Shown: positions 44,538-55,676 of the stretch, one piece after another
How positions within the stretch are numbered: the first letter of the stretch is position 1
Layout of the letters: every line of letters begins with the position of its first letter
Assembly (NCBI GenBank): GCA_965215005.1
Contig: CBDCCZ010000018.1
Location: 128,001-192,000 of the forward strand
Length of the DNA: 64,000 nt
Source of the DNA: Kofleriaceae bacterium
GTDB taxonomy: Bacteria; Myxococcota_A; Polyangia; Haliangiales; Haliangiaceae
Reading direction: 5' to 3'
Translations under genes and position numbers: made by a program
Notes under the pieces: generated by a model
Seen by the model: only the letters and a program-made list of their open reading frames with translations
The model's database searches: none
What the model was told of the DNA's origin: nothing

Positions 44538-44996
44538 CTACTTCGTTGGGCTGCCGGAGACTTTCCACGACTGCGTGCAGAGGGGCTTGGTGCCGCTGTA
44601 GAACTCGGCTACGAACACCATCTGCAAACGCTTGCCCTCGACGCGACCGGCGGCCGAGAACTTGCCATCGGCGCCTTGGATGGAGGTGGGTCCTTTGGGC
44701 GCCTTCGCGTTGAACTTACCGCCCTTGCTGAAGGTTCCTTTCATCACCGGAACCATCGGCACCACCACGCTCATACCACTGCCAGAGCCGCTTCGAAGCT
44801 CGACCGTGGCCTTGCTCAAATTCATGCGCGCGCCGGTGCAGTTGTTGGTGACCTCCTCGAAGGTCGCCTGATACGAGCCCGCGGGGTCGTCGTCTTTGCT
44901 CTGTGCTGCGGCCGCGGGAACGAGAACGAGCAGCAGAGCGGCGGCAGTCGCGAAGCTGATCGAGAGGTTGAGGAAGTTCTGCAAGGGGAACCGCAT
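44538..44996 (-). CDS. Secreted hypothetical protein
   Basis: Sec signal (AAAAQ), two Cys, beta-rich. Confidence 0.7.
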   Translation of the reverse strand: MRFPLQNFLNLSISFATAAALLLVLVPAAAAQSKDDDPAGSYQATFEEVTNNCTGARMNLSKATVELRSGSGSGMSVVVPMVPVMKGTFSKGGKFNAKAPKGPTSIQGADGKFSAAGRVEGKRLQMVFVAEFYSGTKPLCTQSWKVSGSPTK

Positions 44997-45140
44997 GTCT
45001 CGTTCCCGATTTGACCACTGCTGCAGTGGAACATTCAGCACAAAACCCGTGAAATCCGGAAATCCCCGAATTCGCGGCGCAAAATGCGCGTGCGCCAGCG
45101 TCGGCGGTGTTGCATTCCTCACGCTTCTAAGGAGCGCCGA

Positions 45141-48100
45141 CTAACGCTTCGGGCGGCTCGTACCCGCGGTGGTCGGTCCTGACTCGCGATAGATCACCAG
45201 CGACTCCGCCGTGCGGACATCGTCGTTCTCGCGCGCCACGATGGTGATCTGATTGGAGCCCGGATACAGCGGCAGCGTCGCATCGAACGTTAGCGCGCTC
45301 TCGCTCTTGCCGCCGCGGTTGGACTTGTAGAAGACCTTCTTGTTGTCGACCTTGGCATCCGAGTTGGACACGAAGATGTACACGTCTTCGACGTGCGTGT
45401 CGTCGGTGGCTCGGCCGCGCAGCCGATACTGATCGCTCGTCGTCTCGAGATGAGGCACCTCCACCGCCAACGTCGGCGGCGTCACCTGCCAAATGGGTCG
45501 CACTGCCGCGCGCTTACCACCAGCGGCGACGCTCTCGAGCTTGGCGCTCTCGATGAAGCCGGCGCGACCGCCATCGAGCACCACGCGGGTCCACTCGCCG
45601 AGCCGACCGGTGACCGCAAAGCTCGCCCCCTGCCCCGCCCGCGCGATTGCCCCCGCCTGCTCCGCCGCACCTTCACGAATGTCGGTCGAGCTCTTCACCC
45701 GCACCCACCCCTTCACCGGCGTGACCGGGGTGCCCGCCGGCATCACCCGATAGCGAAGCTTTTCGCCGGTGCTCTCGTGCAGCACCGCATCGTAGACGGT
45801 CATCTCGACCACCAGCTCGTCCTCGCGCAGCGCGGGCAGCACGTCGAATTCGAACTCCACCGTCTTGGACTCGCCGGGCGCCAGCTTGCCGAGCTCGAAC
45901 CGCGCCTTGCGCAGCCGCACGCCATCGCCAGAGGCATTGCGAAGCAGTGCCGTTGGCTCTTTGGCCACTCCATCGCCGATGTTGCGCACCGTCACCCGAA
46001 TGCCGTGCGCCTCGTTCTTCTGCACCAGACCATCGCCGTTCCCCTTATCGATAAGCTGGTGGGTGTAGGCGAACACCGGCCGCTGGGCCGCGACCACTCG
46101 CACCTTTACCGGCGCCACCGAGGTCTGCGCGCCGCTGGCATCGCGGACCGCGAAGCCGAGATGATCGACGCGGTCGATGGCGTCTTCAGGAACCTTCACA
46201 TGCGTCACCCAAGTCTTCTTCTGGCCCGGCTCAATTTTGCCGAAGATGAGCTCGCTCTCGTCGAAGACGTAGTCGTCGGCTTGCACCCGCGCGTGCACCT
46301 GGTGCGCCGCCGTGCTGCCGACATTTTCGACGGTGCCGACCAGCCGAACTTCGTCGCCGGCTTTGATGGTGGAGCCGGGCTCGATGGCCATGCGCGCCAC
46401 CAGCTCGGCCGGCGCCGGCTTGCTGGCCGGCTCGGTCCAGTCGACACCGAGCGCTAGTAGCGCCTTGGCGAGCCGCTCGTGCTCCTGGACTTGGCGCTTG
46501 GCGACCAAGCCGCGCGCTGCCTTGACGAGGTTGGTGCGATCCTTGGCGGCCGCAGTGGCCACCAAGTCGCGCGCCAGGCGCATCTCGAAGTCCTCTACGA
46601 TGTCTTCATCGAGAGGCTCCTCATCGGCGAACGCGCCATCGAGCGGGTCTTTCTGAGCCGGCGGCTCCCACAGAAATCCCAGCTGATAGCTCGCCTCTTC
46701 GGGCTTCTGCGCGTAGCTCGAGATCAGATGTGACGCCAGGTCTTTCTCCTTGTAGCTCTTCTCTGACTTGAGCAGCCGAATCACCTCATCGCGGTCACCG
46801 CTGGCCTTGGCGACCACCATGCGGTGCAGCTCGATGTCGGGCGTGATACCCACCGACTGAATCGATTTGTCGCCGGGCGTGAGGTACTGCGCGATCGTGA
46901 GCTTGAGCTTGGAGCCATCGGCGTTGTCGTAAAGCACTTGCACCGAGCCCTTCCCAAAGGTCGAATTGCCGATGATCACCGCGCGATCGAGATTCTTGAG
47001 CGCGCCCGCGACGATCTCGGAGGCCGACGCCGAGGCGCTATTGACCAGCACCGCCACCGGCGCTTTGTCATCGGTGCCGCGACGGTTGGCGCGCCGCGGC
47101 TCGCGCTCGCGACCGCCCACCGTGGTGACGATGGTGCCCTGATCAACGAACAGATCCGAAACCTTGATGGCCTGCTCGAGCAGCCCGCCGGGATTCCAAC
47201 GCAGGTCGAGCACCCAGGCGCGAGCGCCCTTTTGCTCCAGCGAGTCCATCGCTTCGCGCACCTCCTGCGCGGTATTGCCGGAGAACTGCTTGATGCGGAT
47301 GAGCCCGACTTTCTTGTCCAGGAGCTTGTAGTCCACCGACTCGACGCGAATGAGATCGCGCATCAGCTCGACCCGCCGCAACGTTTTTTCGCCAGGCCGC
47401 TCGATAAATAGCGTGATCTTGGTGCTCGGGTCGCCGCGCATCCGCTCGACCGCCTCGTTCAGCGTGAGGTTCTCGGTGACCTCGTCATCGATTTTAATGA
47501 TGCGGTCGCCGCGGCGAAGGCCGGCGCGACTCGCGGGCGTGCCCTTGATGGGCCGGACGATGGTGAGCTTGCGCTCAAACATGCGAATGACGATGCCCAA
47601 GCCGCCAAACTTGCCGCTCGTAGAAACCTCCATGTCGCGGGCGGTTTCGGGATCGAGCAGCACGGAATGCGGATCGAGGGTCTCGAGCATGCCGTTGACC
47701 GCCGCATACTCGACCCGCGCCAGGTCGGCGCCGGAGTTCACATTGCTTTCAATGAAGCGGAAGATCTTTTTGAGCTTGCTCGAAAGCCGCCACGGCGAAT
47801 CGACTTCTTTGGCCGAAAAGGTCTGCTTCTTGTCGTTGACCACGACCACCACCTCGTCACGCTCGGGGTAGGGCTCGATGAGCACCTCGGGAACGTGGAA
47901 CTGCACCGAGTCCAACGCGGCGTAAAGCATCTTTTTAGGCTCGATCCGGGCCGGATCGACATACGAGTCGCGGATGCGGACCAAGGTGAGGTTGAAGATC
48001 TTGAGGGCGGTCAGGTTGTGCTGTGAAGCCTGAACGGCCGGAGCACCCGGCGCGGCGCGAACTTCGCGGTCACCAATTCCGAAGCTCACCAGCCCCGACG

Positions 48101-48185
48101 GAGACGGCCGGACGATGGTGAGAAACAGAGCGGCGATCGCCGCGATGACCGCAATCAAGGCATGAGGAGTGAGCCGACTGCGCAT
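45141..48185 (-). CDS. S41 carboxyl-terminal processing protease (MXAN_5808-like) with PDZ and C-terminal Ig/SH3-like domains
   Basis: LDPHS, GGLGIVI, LDLRWNPGG, SASASEI and TFGKGSVQ. Confidence 0.92.
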   Translation of the reverse strand: MRSRLTPHALIAVIAAIAALFLTIVRPSPSGLVSFGIGDREVRAAPGAPAVQASQHNLTALKIFNLTLVRIRDSYVDPARIEPKKMLYAALDSVQFHVPEVLIEPYPERDEVVVVVNDKKQTFSAKEVDSPWRLSSKLKKIFRFIESNVNSGADLARVEYAAVNGMLETLDPHSVLLDPETARDMEVSTSGKFGGLGIVIRMFERKLTIVRPIKGTPASRAGLRRGDRIIKIDDEVTENLTLNEAVERMRGDPSTKITLFIERPGEKTLRRVELMRDLIRVESVDYKLLDKKVGLIRIKQFSGNTAQEVREAMDSLEQKGARAWVLDLRWNPGGLLEQAIKVSDLFVDQGTIVTTVGGREREPRRANRRGTDDKAPVAVLVNSASASASEIVAGALKNLDRAVIIGNSTFGKGSVQVLYDNADGSKLKLTIAQYLTPGDKSIQSVGITPDIELHRMVVAKASGDRDEVIRLLKSEKSYKEKDLASHLISSYAQKPEEASYQLGFLWEPPAQKDPLDGAFADEEPLDEDIVEDFEMRLARDLVATAAAKDRTNLVKAARGLVAKRQVQEHERLAKALLALGVDWTEPASKPAPAELVARMAIEPGSTIKAGDEVRLVGTVENVGSTAAHQVHARVQADDYVFDESELIFGKIEPGQKKTWVTHVKVPEDAIDRVDHLGFAVRDASGAQTSVAPVKVRVVAAQRPVFAYTHQLIDKGNGDGLVQKNEAHGIRVTVRNIGDGVAKEPTALLRNASGDGVRLRKARFELGKLAPGESKTVEFEFDVLPALREDELVVEMTVYDAVLHESTGEKLRYRVMPAGTPVTPVKGWVRVKSSTDIREGAAEQAGAIARAGQGASFAVTGRLGEWTRVVLDGGRAGFIESAKLESVAAGGKRAAVRPIWQVTPPTLAVEVPHLETTSDQYRLRGRATDDTHVEDVYIFVSNSDAKVDNKKVFYKSNRGGKSESALTFDATLPLYPGSNQITIVARENDDVRTAESLVIYRESGPTTAGTSRPKR

Positions 48186-48343
48186 GAGGCTCAGTATAGA
48201 AGAGCCCCCGCGGTCGAGCCACGAGTAAGTCACCGCGACAGCTAATGAAATCGCGTTTCAACGGCCGCGTAGAATCTGGGAATGCGGAGCCAACCGGGGC
48301 AGTTGAAGGGCCAGCAGGTGGCATAAATGCGCACTTCGGGGCT

Positions 48344-48937
48344 TCATCGAGTATCGGGTGAGCGGTGTGCGTCGCTGGCCGTACTGGCTTCCTGGTCATC
48401 ATCATCATCATCGATGACCAATCGCCCCTCGATGCGCAGTCGAGCGGCGATGGTGCCGAGCGAGGCACGTGCGCCGGGCGGCAACTGGGCGCGGCGTCGC
48501 TCTAGCCGTTCGATGAGACGATCGAGACCAGCGGCGGCGCCCTCGAGCAAGCGCTCGAGCTCTTGCCGCAGCCGGCGCGCCAAAACCGGCGCCGCGGCGT
48601 CGGTGGCGATGGCGATGGTGAGTGGCCCCCGCCGGACCAGCGCGGGCATGGCGAAATCGCACCAGGCGGGGTTATCGTGGGCGTAGCTGAGCGCGCCCGC
48701 CGCGCGCGCGTCTCGCGCTACCGCTTCATTGAAGGCATGGTCGGCGTCGTTGGCGATGACCGCGAACGCGCCTTGACACATGTGGGAACGGTACGCACCC
48801 TTGGGCACCCGAAACAGACGAGCCCCCGCCGCGGTGAGCCGTGAGGCGCGCTCGTCGCAAGCCTTCCCATCCCCAGCGACCACCACCAGGCGATCCAGGA
48901 CATAGAGCGACACTGGCAATGCAGGACGACGGTTCAA
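48344..48937 (-). CDS. Precorrin-2 dehydrogenase/sirohydrochlorin ferrochelatase (SirC/CysG N-terminal-like)
   Basis: [30 protein letters not shown]...PVLARRLR. The start is uncertain. Confidence 0.85.
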   Translation of the reverse strand: MNRRPALPVSLYVLDRLVVVAGDGKACDERASRLTAAGARLFRVPKGAYRSHMCQGAFAVIANDADHAFNEAVARDARAAGALSYAHDNPAWCDFAMPALVRRGPLTIAIATDAAAPVLARRLRQELERLLEGAAAGLDRLIERLERRRAQLPPGARASLGTIAARLRIEGRLVIDDDDDDQEASTASDAHRSPDTR

Positions 48938-48976
48938 GAAGCACGCAGCGGTTGCGTCTATAATCTCGAGGATTCT

Positions 48977-50113
48977 ATGGCCGCGCGCAAGGACACCAAG
49001 CAACGCTCTGCCCCGCCGGCCAAGACCGACGACGAGCAGTCAAGTGACGTCGAGCCCGACGGCGACGACTCGCAGCTCGACGAGGACGAGAGCGACGAAG
49101 AAAGCGACGCGGACGCGGACGCGATCGATGTCGAGATCGTTGAGGAAGACGAGGCCGTCACCGGTGACATCGACGCGGAGCTCGAGCGGCTCATCGCGGG
49201 AGAAACCGCCAAAGCGGCCAAACGCAGCGATGCCCGCGTCCAGCTGATCAAGAGCGATCCGCTCACTGCGTACGTACAAGAGACGCGGCGATACCCGCTG
49301 CTGTCGCGCGAAGATGAGCACGAGCTCGCGGTGTTGCTCAAAGAAGAAGGCGATACCGACGCGGCCCGGCGTCTCATCGAGGCCAACCTGCGCCTGGTCG
49401 TCAAGATTGCCTACGAGTACCGCCGCGCCCATCGCAACCTTTTGGACCTGATCCAAGAGGGCAACATCGGCCTGATGAAGGCGGTCAAAAAGTATGACCC
49501 CGACCGCGGCGTCAAGCTCTCGTCCTACGCGGCCTGGTGGATTCGCGCTTACATCCTCAAATTCGTCCTCAACAACTGGCGCTTGGTGAAGATCGGCACG
49601 ACGCAGGCGCAGCGCAAACTGTTCTTCAACCTGCGCAAGGAAAAGGAGCGCCTCGAGCAGCTCGGCTTCACCCCCAGCCCGGCGCTGCTCGCGGAAAATC
49701 TCGAGGTCAGCGAGAAGGACGTCGTCGAGATGGAAAAGCGAATGTCGGCGCCCGATGCGTCCCTCGACGCGCCCATGGGCACCGACGACGACGGCGCCCG
49801 CACGCGCATGGATTTCTTGCCCGACGAAGACAGCGTTCGCCCCGACCGTCGGGTTGCCAACAGCCAATTCAATGAGCTCCTGCGCGACAAGCTCGACACC
49901 TTTGGCAAGACCCTGCAAGGGCGCGAAGAGACCATCTTCCGCGAGCGTCTACTCAACGACTCGCCGCTGACGCTGCAGGAAATCGGCGATCGCTACGGCG
50001 TGAGCCGTGAGCGGGCGCGACAGCTCGAGAAGCGCCTGCTCGGCAAGCTGCGCAAGTTTCTCGAGCAAGAGCTCGGCACCGAGGTCGACATCGGCGCGCT
50101 CGCCCAAGATTGA
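48977..50113 (+). CDS. RpoH/sigma-32-family sigma factor with an acidic N-terminal extension
   Basis: [20 protein letters not shown], RpoH box [16 protein letters not shown] and [10 protein letters not shown]. Confidence 0.93.
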   Translation: MAARKDTKQRSAPPAKTDDEQSSDVEPDGDDSQLDEDESDEESDADADAIDVEIVEEDEAVTGDIDAELERLIAGETAKAAKRSDARVQLIKSDPLTAYVQETRRYPLLSREDEHELAVLLKEEGDTDAARRLIEANLRLVVKIAYEYRRAHRNLLDLIQEGNIGLMKAVKKYDPDRGVKLSSYAAWWIRAYILKFVLNNWRLVKIGTTQAQRKLFFNLRKEKERLEQLGFTPSPALLAENLEVSEKDVVEMEKRMSAPDASLDAPMGTDDDGARTRMDFLPDEDSVRPDRRVANSQFNELLRDKLDTFGKTLQGREETIFRERLLNDSPLTLQEIGDRYGVSRERARQLEKRLLGKLRKFLEQELGTEVDIGALAQD

Positions 50114-50958
50114 TGACCGGCACCCTCTACGTGGTCGCCACGCCAATCGGCAACCTCGAGGACATGACGTATCGCGCGGTGCGGGTGCTGGGGCAAGTCG
50201 AGCTGATCGCCGCCGAGGACACGCGTTCCGCTGGGTTTCTGCTCAAGCACTACGGCATCAGCGGCGCCAAGCTCATGTCGGTGTTCGAGGGCAACGAAGC
50301 GATGCGCGCGGAGTCGCTAGTCGCTGCGCTGCAAGCGGGTAAGGACGTGGCGCTGGTTTCCGAAGCCGGCACCCCCGGCGTTTCCGATCCCGGCCAGCGC
50401 GTCATCGCGGCGGCCATCGCCGCAAGCGTCCGCGTCGAGGTGCTGCCCGGTGCCACCGCCGCCATCACGGCGCTCGTTGGAAGCGGCCTGCCGAGCGAGC
50501 GCTTCACCTTCGTGGGCTTTTTGCCGCGCGCCGCTGGCGCTCGTCGGGAGCTCTTGGGCAGCTTGCGAAGCGAATCGAGCACGCTCATCTTCTACGAAGC
50601 GCCCGATCGGGTGGTGACGACACTCGAGGACTTGGCTGCGGCGTTTGGCAATGACCGCCGCGCTTCGATCGGCCGCGAGCTCACCAAGTTCCATGAAGAA
50701 TACCTGCGCGGCAGTCTCGCCGAATTGCATTGCCGCTACAGCGAACAGCCGGCGCGCGGCGAGCACGTCCTGGTGGTCGCCGGCGCATCCGCCGACGCTC
50801 AACGAGAAGCAATCGACATCGAGGCCGAGCTGCGCGTTCTCCTAGAGGCTGGCCTGGGCCCCAAAGATGCGGCGCAGCGGCTCGTCGTGCGCTCTGGAAA
50901 GCCACGCCGCCAGCTCTACCAACTCGCGCTGTCGCTGCAGCGAAAGCCGCGCCAATGA
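50113..50958 (+). CDS. rsmI: 16S rRNA (cytidine1402-2'-O)-methyltransferase
   Basis: [30 protein letters not shown] and RELTKFHEE. Confidence 0.95.
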   Translation: MTGTLYVVATPIGNLEDMTYRAVRVLGQVELIAAEDTRSAGFLLKHYGISGAKLMSVFEGNEAMRAESLVAALQAGKDVALVSEAGTPGVSDPGQRVIAAAIAASVRVEVLPGATAAITALVGSGLPSERFTFVGFLPRAAGARRELLGSLRSESSTLIFYEAPDRVVTTLEDLAAAFGNDRRASIGRELTKFHEEYLRGSLAELHCRYSEQPARGEHVLVVAGASADAQREAIDIEAELRVLLEAGLGPKDAAQRLVVRSGKPRRQLYQLALSLQRKPRQ

Positions 50959-51019
50959 TTCTGCACGGCCGTGATCGCGCCGCTGCGGCACCGCGCTCCG
51001 CTAGGAAAGAGGTTGCATC

Positions 51020-52291
51020 GTGGACGATTCGCCCGGCCTGCTAGCGTATCAACACGAGCGGCTCGCAAATGGCCTAGAGGTCATCCTGCACCCTGATCCG
51101 CGGGTGCCGCTGGTGGCGGTGAGCATTTGGTATCACGTCGGTGGGGGTCACGAACGCTCGGGTCAGAGCGGGTTCGCGCATCTTTACGAGCACCTGTTCA
51201 AGAATTCCAAGCATCTCGGCGATAGGCACCACTACGCCATCTTGCGTGCCGCCGGCTCGGTGGCTGCGAACGCTCGCACCGGCCGCGACCGCACCGAATA
51301 CTATGAAATTCTGCCAGCCCACGAGCTACCGCTCGCGCTGTGGATCGAAAGCGACCGCATGGGCTACTTCTTGCCCGGCCTCAGCCAGCAGCGACTCGAT
51401 CGCCAGATCGACGTGGTCCGCAACGAGCGCCGCCAACGCTATGAAAACGTCGCGTACGGTCTCGAGCGCTTTGCCATTGCCGAGGCGCTCTATCCCGTCG
51501 GTCACCCGTACCGCTATCTCACCATTGGCAAGCATGAAGATATCGCTTCGGCAACGCTGGCGGAGGTCGAGCGTTTCTACCGAACTTGGTATGTCCCCGC
51601 GAATGCCACGCTCGCCATTGCGGGCAGCTTTGAGTTGGCGCACGCACGGGATCTCGTCGACAAATGGTTTGGCAGCTTTCCCACCTCCACGTGCCCCGAT
51701 CGCAGGATTGCCGCCGCACCGCCGCTAACGGCCAACGTGCGCCTCGAGCTTTGCGATCCGCTGGCCAAGCTGCGCCGCCTTCACCTGGTGTGGCAGGCGC
51801 CGGGCGCGTTCGGCGCCGGTCAAGCCGAGCTATCGCTAGCGGCGCACATTCTCGGCGCCAGCGGCACCGGTCGGCTCTATCGGCGCTTGGTTCACGAGCA
51901 ACGCCTGGCGCAGCGGGTGCGGGTGTCGAACGCGGTGGTGCGTGGCAGTGGCGAGTTGCACGTGGTCATCGATGCCTCGCAAGACGCCTCACTGGCGCAG
52001 ATTGAGAGCATCGTCGCCGACGAGCTCACGCGGCTGGGTCGCGAGCCGGTGACCGCGCGCGAGCTGGAGCGGGCGCTCGCGCGGCGCGAAGCGGCGATTC
52101 TTTGGGGCCTTGAGCGCGTGAGCAACCGGCTGTCGTGGCTGCAGTATTACAACCACCATACGAGTGACCCTGGGTTCCTCAGCCGAGATATGGCGCGATA
52201 TCGATCGGTGACGGCGGACTCGCTGCAAGCGCAGCTAGAGGCGATCCGCAACGCTCCGCGGGTGGAGGTCACAACGCTGCCGGCAGACTGA
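51020..52291 (+). CDS. M16 (pitrilysin) family zinc peptidase
   Basis: LANGL, GFAHLYEH (HxxEH), ESDRM, NERRQR and WYVPANA. Confidence 0.92.
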   Translation: MDDSPGLLAYQHERLANGLEVILHPDPRVPLVAVSIWYHVGGGHERSGQSGFAHLYEHLFKNSKHLGDRHHYAILRAAGSVAANARTGRDRTEYYEILPAHELPLALWIESDRMGYFLPGLSQQRLDRQIDVVRNERRQRYENVAYGLERFAIAEALYPVGHPYRYLTIGKHEDIASATLAEVERFYRTWYVPANATLAIAGSFELAHARDLVDKWFGSFPTSTCPDRRIAAAPPLTANVRLELCDPLAKLRRLHLVWQAPGAFGAGQAELSLAAHILGASGTGRLYRRLVHEQRLAQRVRVSNAVVRGSGELHVVIDASQDASLAQIESIVADELTRLGREPVTARELERALARREAAILWGLERVSNRLSWLQYYNHHTSDPGFLSRDMARYRSVTADSLQAQLEAIRNAPRVEVTTLPAD

Positions 52292-52337
52292 CCGCAGTTC
52301 CGGGCCCAGCACCCGCGAGCCGAAATTCCAGCTTCAG

Positions 52338-53900
52338 TCAATTGTCGCTTCCGCGGCTGCAGCGCAGCTCAGTCTGAGACGCAGACGAGTCGCCGGCGCG
52401 CTGGGCGGGCAGCCGCACCCGCGCCGTGGTGCCGTGGCCCGCGCGACTATCGAGCTCAAGAGCGCCGCCGAGCGAGCGAACGATGTTGGCAGAGATGTAC
52501 AGGCCAAGCCCGCTGCCCTGTCCCGAGGGTTTGGTGGTGACGAACGGCTCGAACACCTGCGCGCGCAGCTCGCTCGACAGGCCGACGCCGGTATCACTCA
52601 CCTCGATGATGACCTCGTCACCGGTGTCGTCGACGAACGTGCGGACGGTGATGACGTTGCGATCGGGGGCTCCTGCTGGAATGGCTTGCAACGCGTTGAC
52701 CACCAGATTGAGAAACACCTGCCCGAGCCGCGAGCCATCGGCAGCCACCTTCGGCACCTGCCCGTAATCGCACGCCAGCTGCGCTCGCTGGCGCAGCTCG
52801 CCGCTGGCCATGCGCAGGGCGCTTTCGAGGATCTCCTTGACCTCGACCAGACGCAGCTCGTCGCGAGGAGCATTGGAAAACCGGCGCAAATCGGCGGCGA
52901 CGAGGCGGATGCGCTCAGCGCCCTCGGCGATGCGTTCCACGCGCTGCCGCAGCGGCGCCGTCGACTGGCTTTGCCCCAGCTCGGCGTCGAGCGCACGCAG
53001 CCCGCCGAGCACGTACGTAAGTGGGTTATTGATCTCGTGGGCGACGCTGGCGGCCAAGATTCCGACCGTGGCCAAACGATCCGAGGCGATCAGCCGCGCT
53101 TGTAGCGCTTGTTGCTCGGTCACGTCCCAGACGATCACGGTGATACCGGAAACCACGCCATCGAGCACGATGGGGCCCATGGCGACCGAGTAGCGCCGCA
53201 GCCCTTCCGCGCCAGGGCCGCTCATCTCGTAGTACACCGGCGCCCGCGACTCGACCACTTGGGTCAGATAGGCCTCGACCTTGGCGCGATCCTCGCCGGT
53301 CGCGTAATGGCTGATCTTGGTGCCGATGACCTGGTCCCGCGGCAGCTGGAAACGATTGGCGTAGCGAATCGTCCCGTCGGTTTCACACGAGACGATCATA
53401 TTGGGCGCCGACTCGAGGATGGAGCGCAGCCGCGCCTTGGATTCACGCAGCTCGCTCTCGATCCGCTTTTGTTCGCTGAGATCGATGAACGTGACCACCG
53501 CACCGGTCACCGCCGCGGTGCCAGCATCCCGCACGGGCACGGCGGCCCATGCAGCCCAGAACACACTGCCGTCCTCGCGCTCCCTGCCGATGATCACCGG
53601 TCCCTGCGGCTCACCCGTCGCCAGCGCCCGCATCACCGGGTACTCGGCCACGGGGCAAGGACGACCATCGGCGTAGCGAGCGCTCGCACTGACGTCGCCG
53701 ACACCGCGCGCCGTCAGCGCTTCAATCGACGTGTCGAGAATTCGCAGCGCCTCGCGGTTGGCGTTGCGAATTCGGCCATCGGCGTCGACGAATAGCACTC
53801 CGCCCGGAAGTGCCTCGAGGATGCGCTGATTGAGCTCGACGAGCGCTTCGAGCTCGTCGCGGCTGGCAATCGATTGTCGTGCGTCATTGCCCCGTGCCAT
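52338..53900 (-). CDS. Cytoplasmic PAS-PAS sensor histidine kinase
   Basis: Two PAS domains; AHEINNPL, QVFLNLVVNA and GSGLGL. Confidence 0.92.
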   Translation of the reverse strand: MARGNDARQSIASRDELEALVELNQRILEALPGGVLFVDADGRIRNANREALRILDTSIEALTARGVGDVSASARYADGRPCPVAEYPVMRALATGEPQGPVIIGREREDGSVFWAAWAAVPVRDAGTAAVTGAVVTFIDLSEQKRIESELRESKARLRSILESAPNMIVSCETDGTIRYANRFQLPRDQVIGTKISHYATGEDRAKVEAYLTQVVESRAPVYYEMSGPGAEGLRRYSVAMGPIVLDGVVSGITVIVWDVTEQQALQARLIASDRLATVGILAASVAHEINNPLTYVLGGLRALDAELGQSQSTAPLRQRVERIAEGAERIRLVAADLRRFSNAPRDELRLVEVKEILESALRMASGELRQRAQLACDYGQVPKVAADGSRLGQVFLNLVVNALQAIPAGAPDRNVITVRTFVDDTGDEVIIEVSDTGVGLSSELRAQVFEPFVTTKPSGQGSGLGLYISANIVRSLGGALELDSRAGHGTTARVRLPAQRAGDSSASQTELRCSRGSDN

Positions 53901-53990
53901 TCCCCCTCCCAGGTTTGGGCGCGCGCTCGATGAGCTTACCGCAACCGCGGCACCGGCGACATCGCCTGGCGTCGTAAGGGTGAAACAAAC

Positions 53991-55676
53991 TTACTCGAGG
54001 GGCCGCGCGTAGACGCTCACGATCGGCACGCCCTGCACGGTCAGCACGTAGGCCGGCTGCACCGTGCCGTAGCTCTGCCAGATCAGGAAGTCGTGCCGGC
54101 GAAAGTGCTTCTCGTGCACCACGATAGCGTAGCGCGAGCGGCCGATGCCGGCGGCTTCGTGGCCAGCATCGCCAAAACCGGCGGGCAACAGCCCCGCGTC
54201 GATGTAGAGCGGCCACGCGGGCGAGGCGTCGTGACTGTAAACTAGCCCCGGCTCTTGAGCACGCAGCCACGCCAGCACGCCGCGCGCTGCATAGCCCCAA
54301 AACTGCCGATTCATACCGAGGTCGGCACCGCCCGGCGCGCCCCCCGCGAGGGCATTGTAGGAGCTGAGCGCATACGGCTGCGCGGAAACCGTTTCCGCGA
54401 GCCCCGCACCGGCGACCGATAGCATCACGAGCGCTCGCAGAACCACGCCGCCTCTCGCAGCGAGCCAATGGCGCGCGGCGCAAAGCGTTGCCGCGTGCCG
54501 ACCAGCCCACACCACCCCAATGCCGGCAAAGATCGCGATGCTGGGCAGTGCCGGCGCCCAGTGCTTCTCGGCGCCGAAGATGGGCGTGGTGCCGAGAAAG
54601 AACGGTCCCATACTCACCCCGGCCGATAGCACTAGCAGCAACGCCGGCGCGCGCCCCGGGTCGGCAGCGCGGCCCGCCCACGCGCGAGAAGCAACCGCAG
54701 CGGCTCCCACTAACGCCGCTGCCAGGGTCGCCACTGGCACCGTGAGCAGCGTGGTAACCAGCGCGACGTGCCACGGAAACGGCGGGTGGTTGTAGTTGCT
54801 CCCGAGATATTCGAAGTTGTAGTGGACGTGGTGGAGGTGGAATCCGATCCACGCGCGTAGATGCGCGAGGGTGTCAAACCACAGCCACGGCCATAGGAGG
54901 ATCAGCACCGCCGGCCCCAGCAGCGCGAGGCATGCCAATAACAGTGGTTGTCGGTGCGTGATGCCGCGGAGCGCCGCGCGCAGCGCTCGCGCCCCGCCCT
55001 CGCCAAGCTGCTCGCGCTGCGACCAAACTCCGAGCCACAGGTAGTGCACCAGCAGCGCCACCGGCAACAGGATCGCGTTGTGCTTGGTGGCCAGGCACAG
55101 CCCAAACGCCACCCCAGCCGCCACGCACCAGCGCTTGTCAGTCAGTCCTTTGAAATAGCAATAGATCGCTATAAACCAGGTCGTCACGATCGGCGCGTCG
55201 AAGGTCGCGAGCCCTGCATGAAACAGCGGCCGCGGCACGAGCAACAGCAGAACGGCCGCCATCAGCCCCTCGGCATAGCCCCAAACGCGCGCCGCAAAGC
55301 AATAGACCAGCAGCACCAGCAGCGACCAAGCCAGAGCGGTGGGCAGTCGATACGCGGTGAGCTCACTGGTCCAGCCCAAACGGTGGTGGAAGAGCCGCTC
55401 GGAAAGGCCAAACAATGTCTTCATCAGCGGCGGGTGCTCGCGGTTATTATCGGTTGCACCTGGGCCGCCAAAGTGCGCGGTGATGCTCGACTCGGTGAGC
55501 ATCTCGTCGTCGCCGCGCGCCAGCGCCAACCACCAGCTCGCGTAGCGCGAGCCGTGGCGCATGTACACCACCTCGTCGCGCACGATTCCCTGCTCGCGCT
55601 GCGCCACCACCACCGCGGCCAACGTGATCGAGAACAGCACCACCGCGGTGCCGCGATGCAACGCGCGCCGGCTCAC
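53991..55676 (-). CDS. GT39/PMT-like glycosyltransferase
   Basis: RDEVVY, EHPPLMK, RLP and ATKHNA; GTGA overlap with the upstream gene. Confidence 0.8.
   Translation of the reverse strand: MSRRALHRGTAVVLFSITLAAVVVAQREQGIVRDEVVYMRHGSRYASWWLALARGDDEMLTESSITAHFGGPGATDNNREHPPLMKTLFGLSERLFHHRLGWTSELTAYRLPTALAWSLLVLLVYCFAARVWGYAEGLMAAVLLLLVPRPLFHAGLATFDAPIVTTWFIAIYCYFKGLTDKRWCVAAGVAFGLCLATKHNAILLPVALLVHYLWLGVWSQREQLGEGGARALRAALRGITHRQPLLLACLALLGPAVLILLWPWLWFDTLAHLRAWIGFHLHHVHYNFEYLGSNYNHPPFPWHVALVTTLLTVPVATLAAALVGAAAVASRAWAGRAADPGRAPALLLVLSAGVSMGPFFLGTTPIFGAEKHWAPALPSIAIFAGIGVVWAGRHAATLCAARHWLAARGGVVLRALVMLSVAGAGLAETVSAQPYALSSYNALAGGAPGGADLGMNRQFWGYAARGVLAWLRAQEPGLVYSHDASPAWPLYIDAGLLPAGFGDAGHEAAGIGRSRYAIVVHEKHFRRHDFLIWQSYGTVQPAYVLTVQGVPIVSVYARPLE

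Noticed and set aside
48397..48413. (ATC)n microsatellite as a phase-variation tract
   Set aside because: It is an in-frame triplet repeat encoding a poly-Asp tail, so slippage would not shift the frame.
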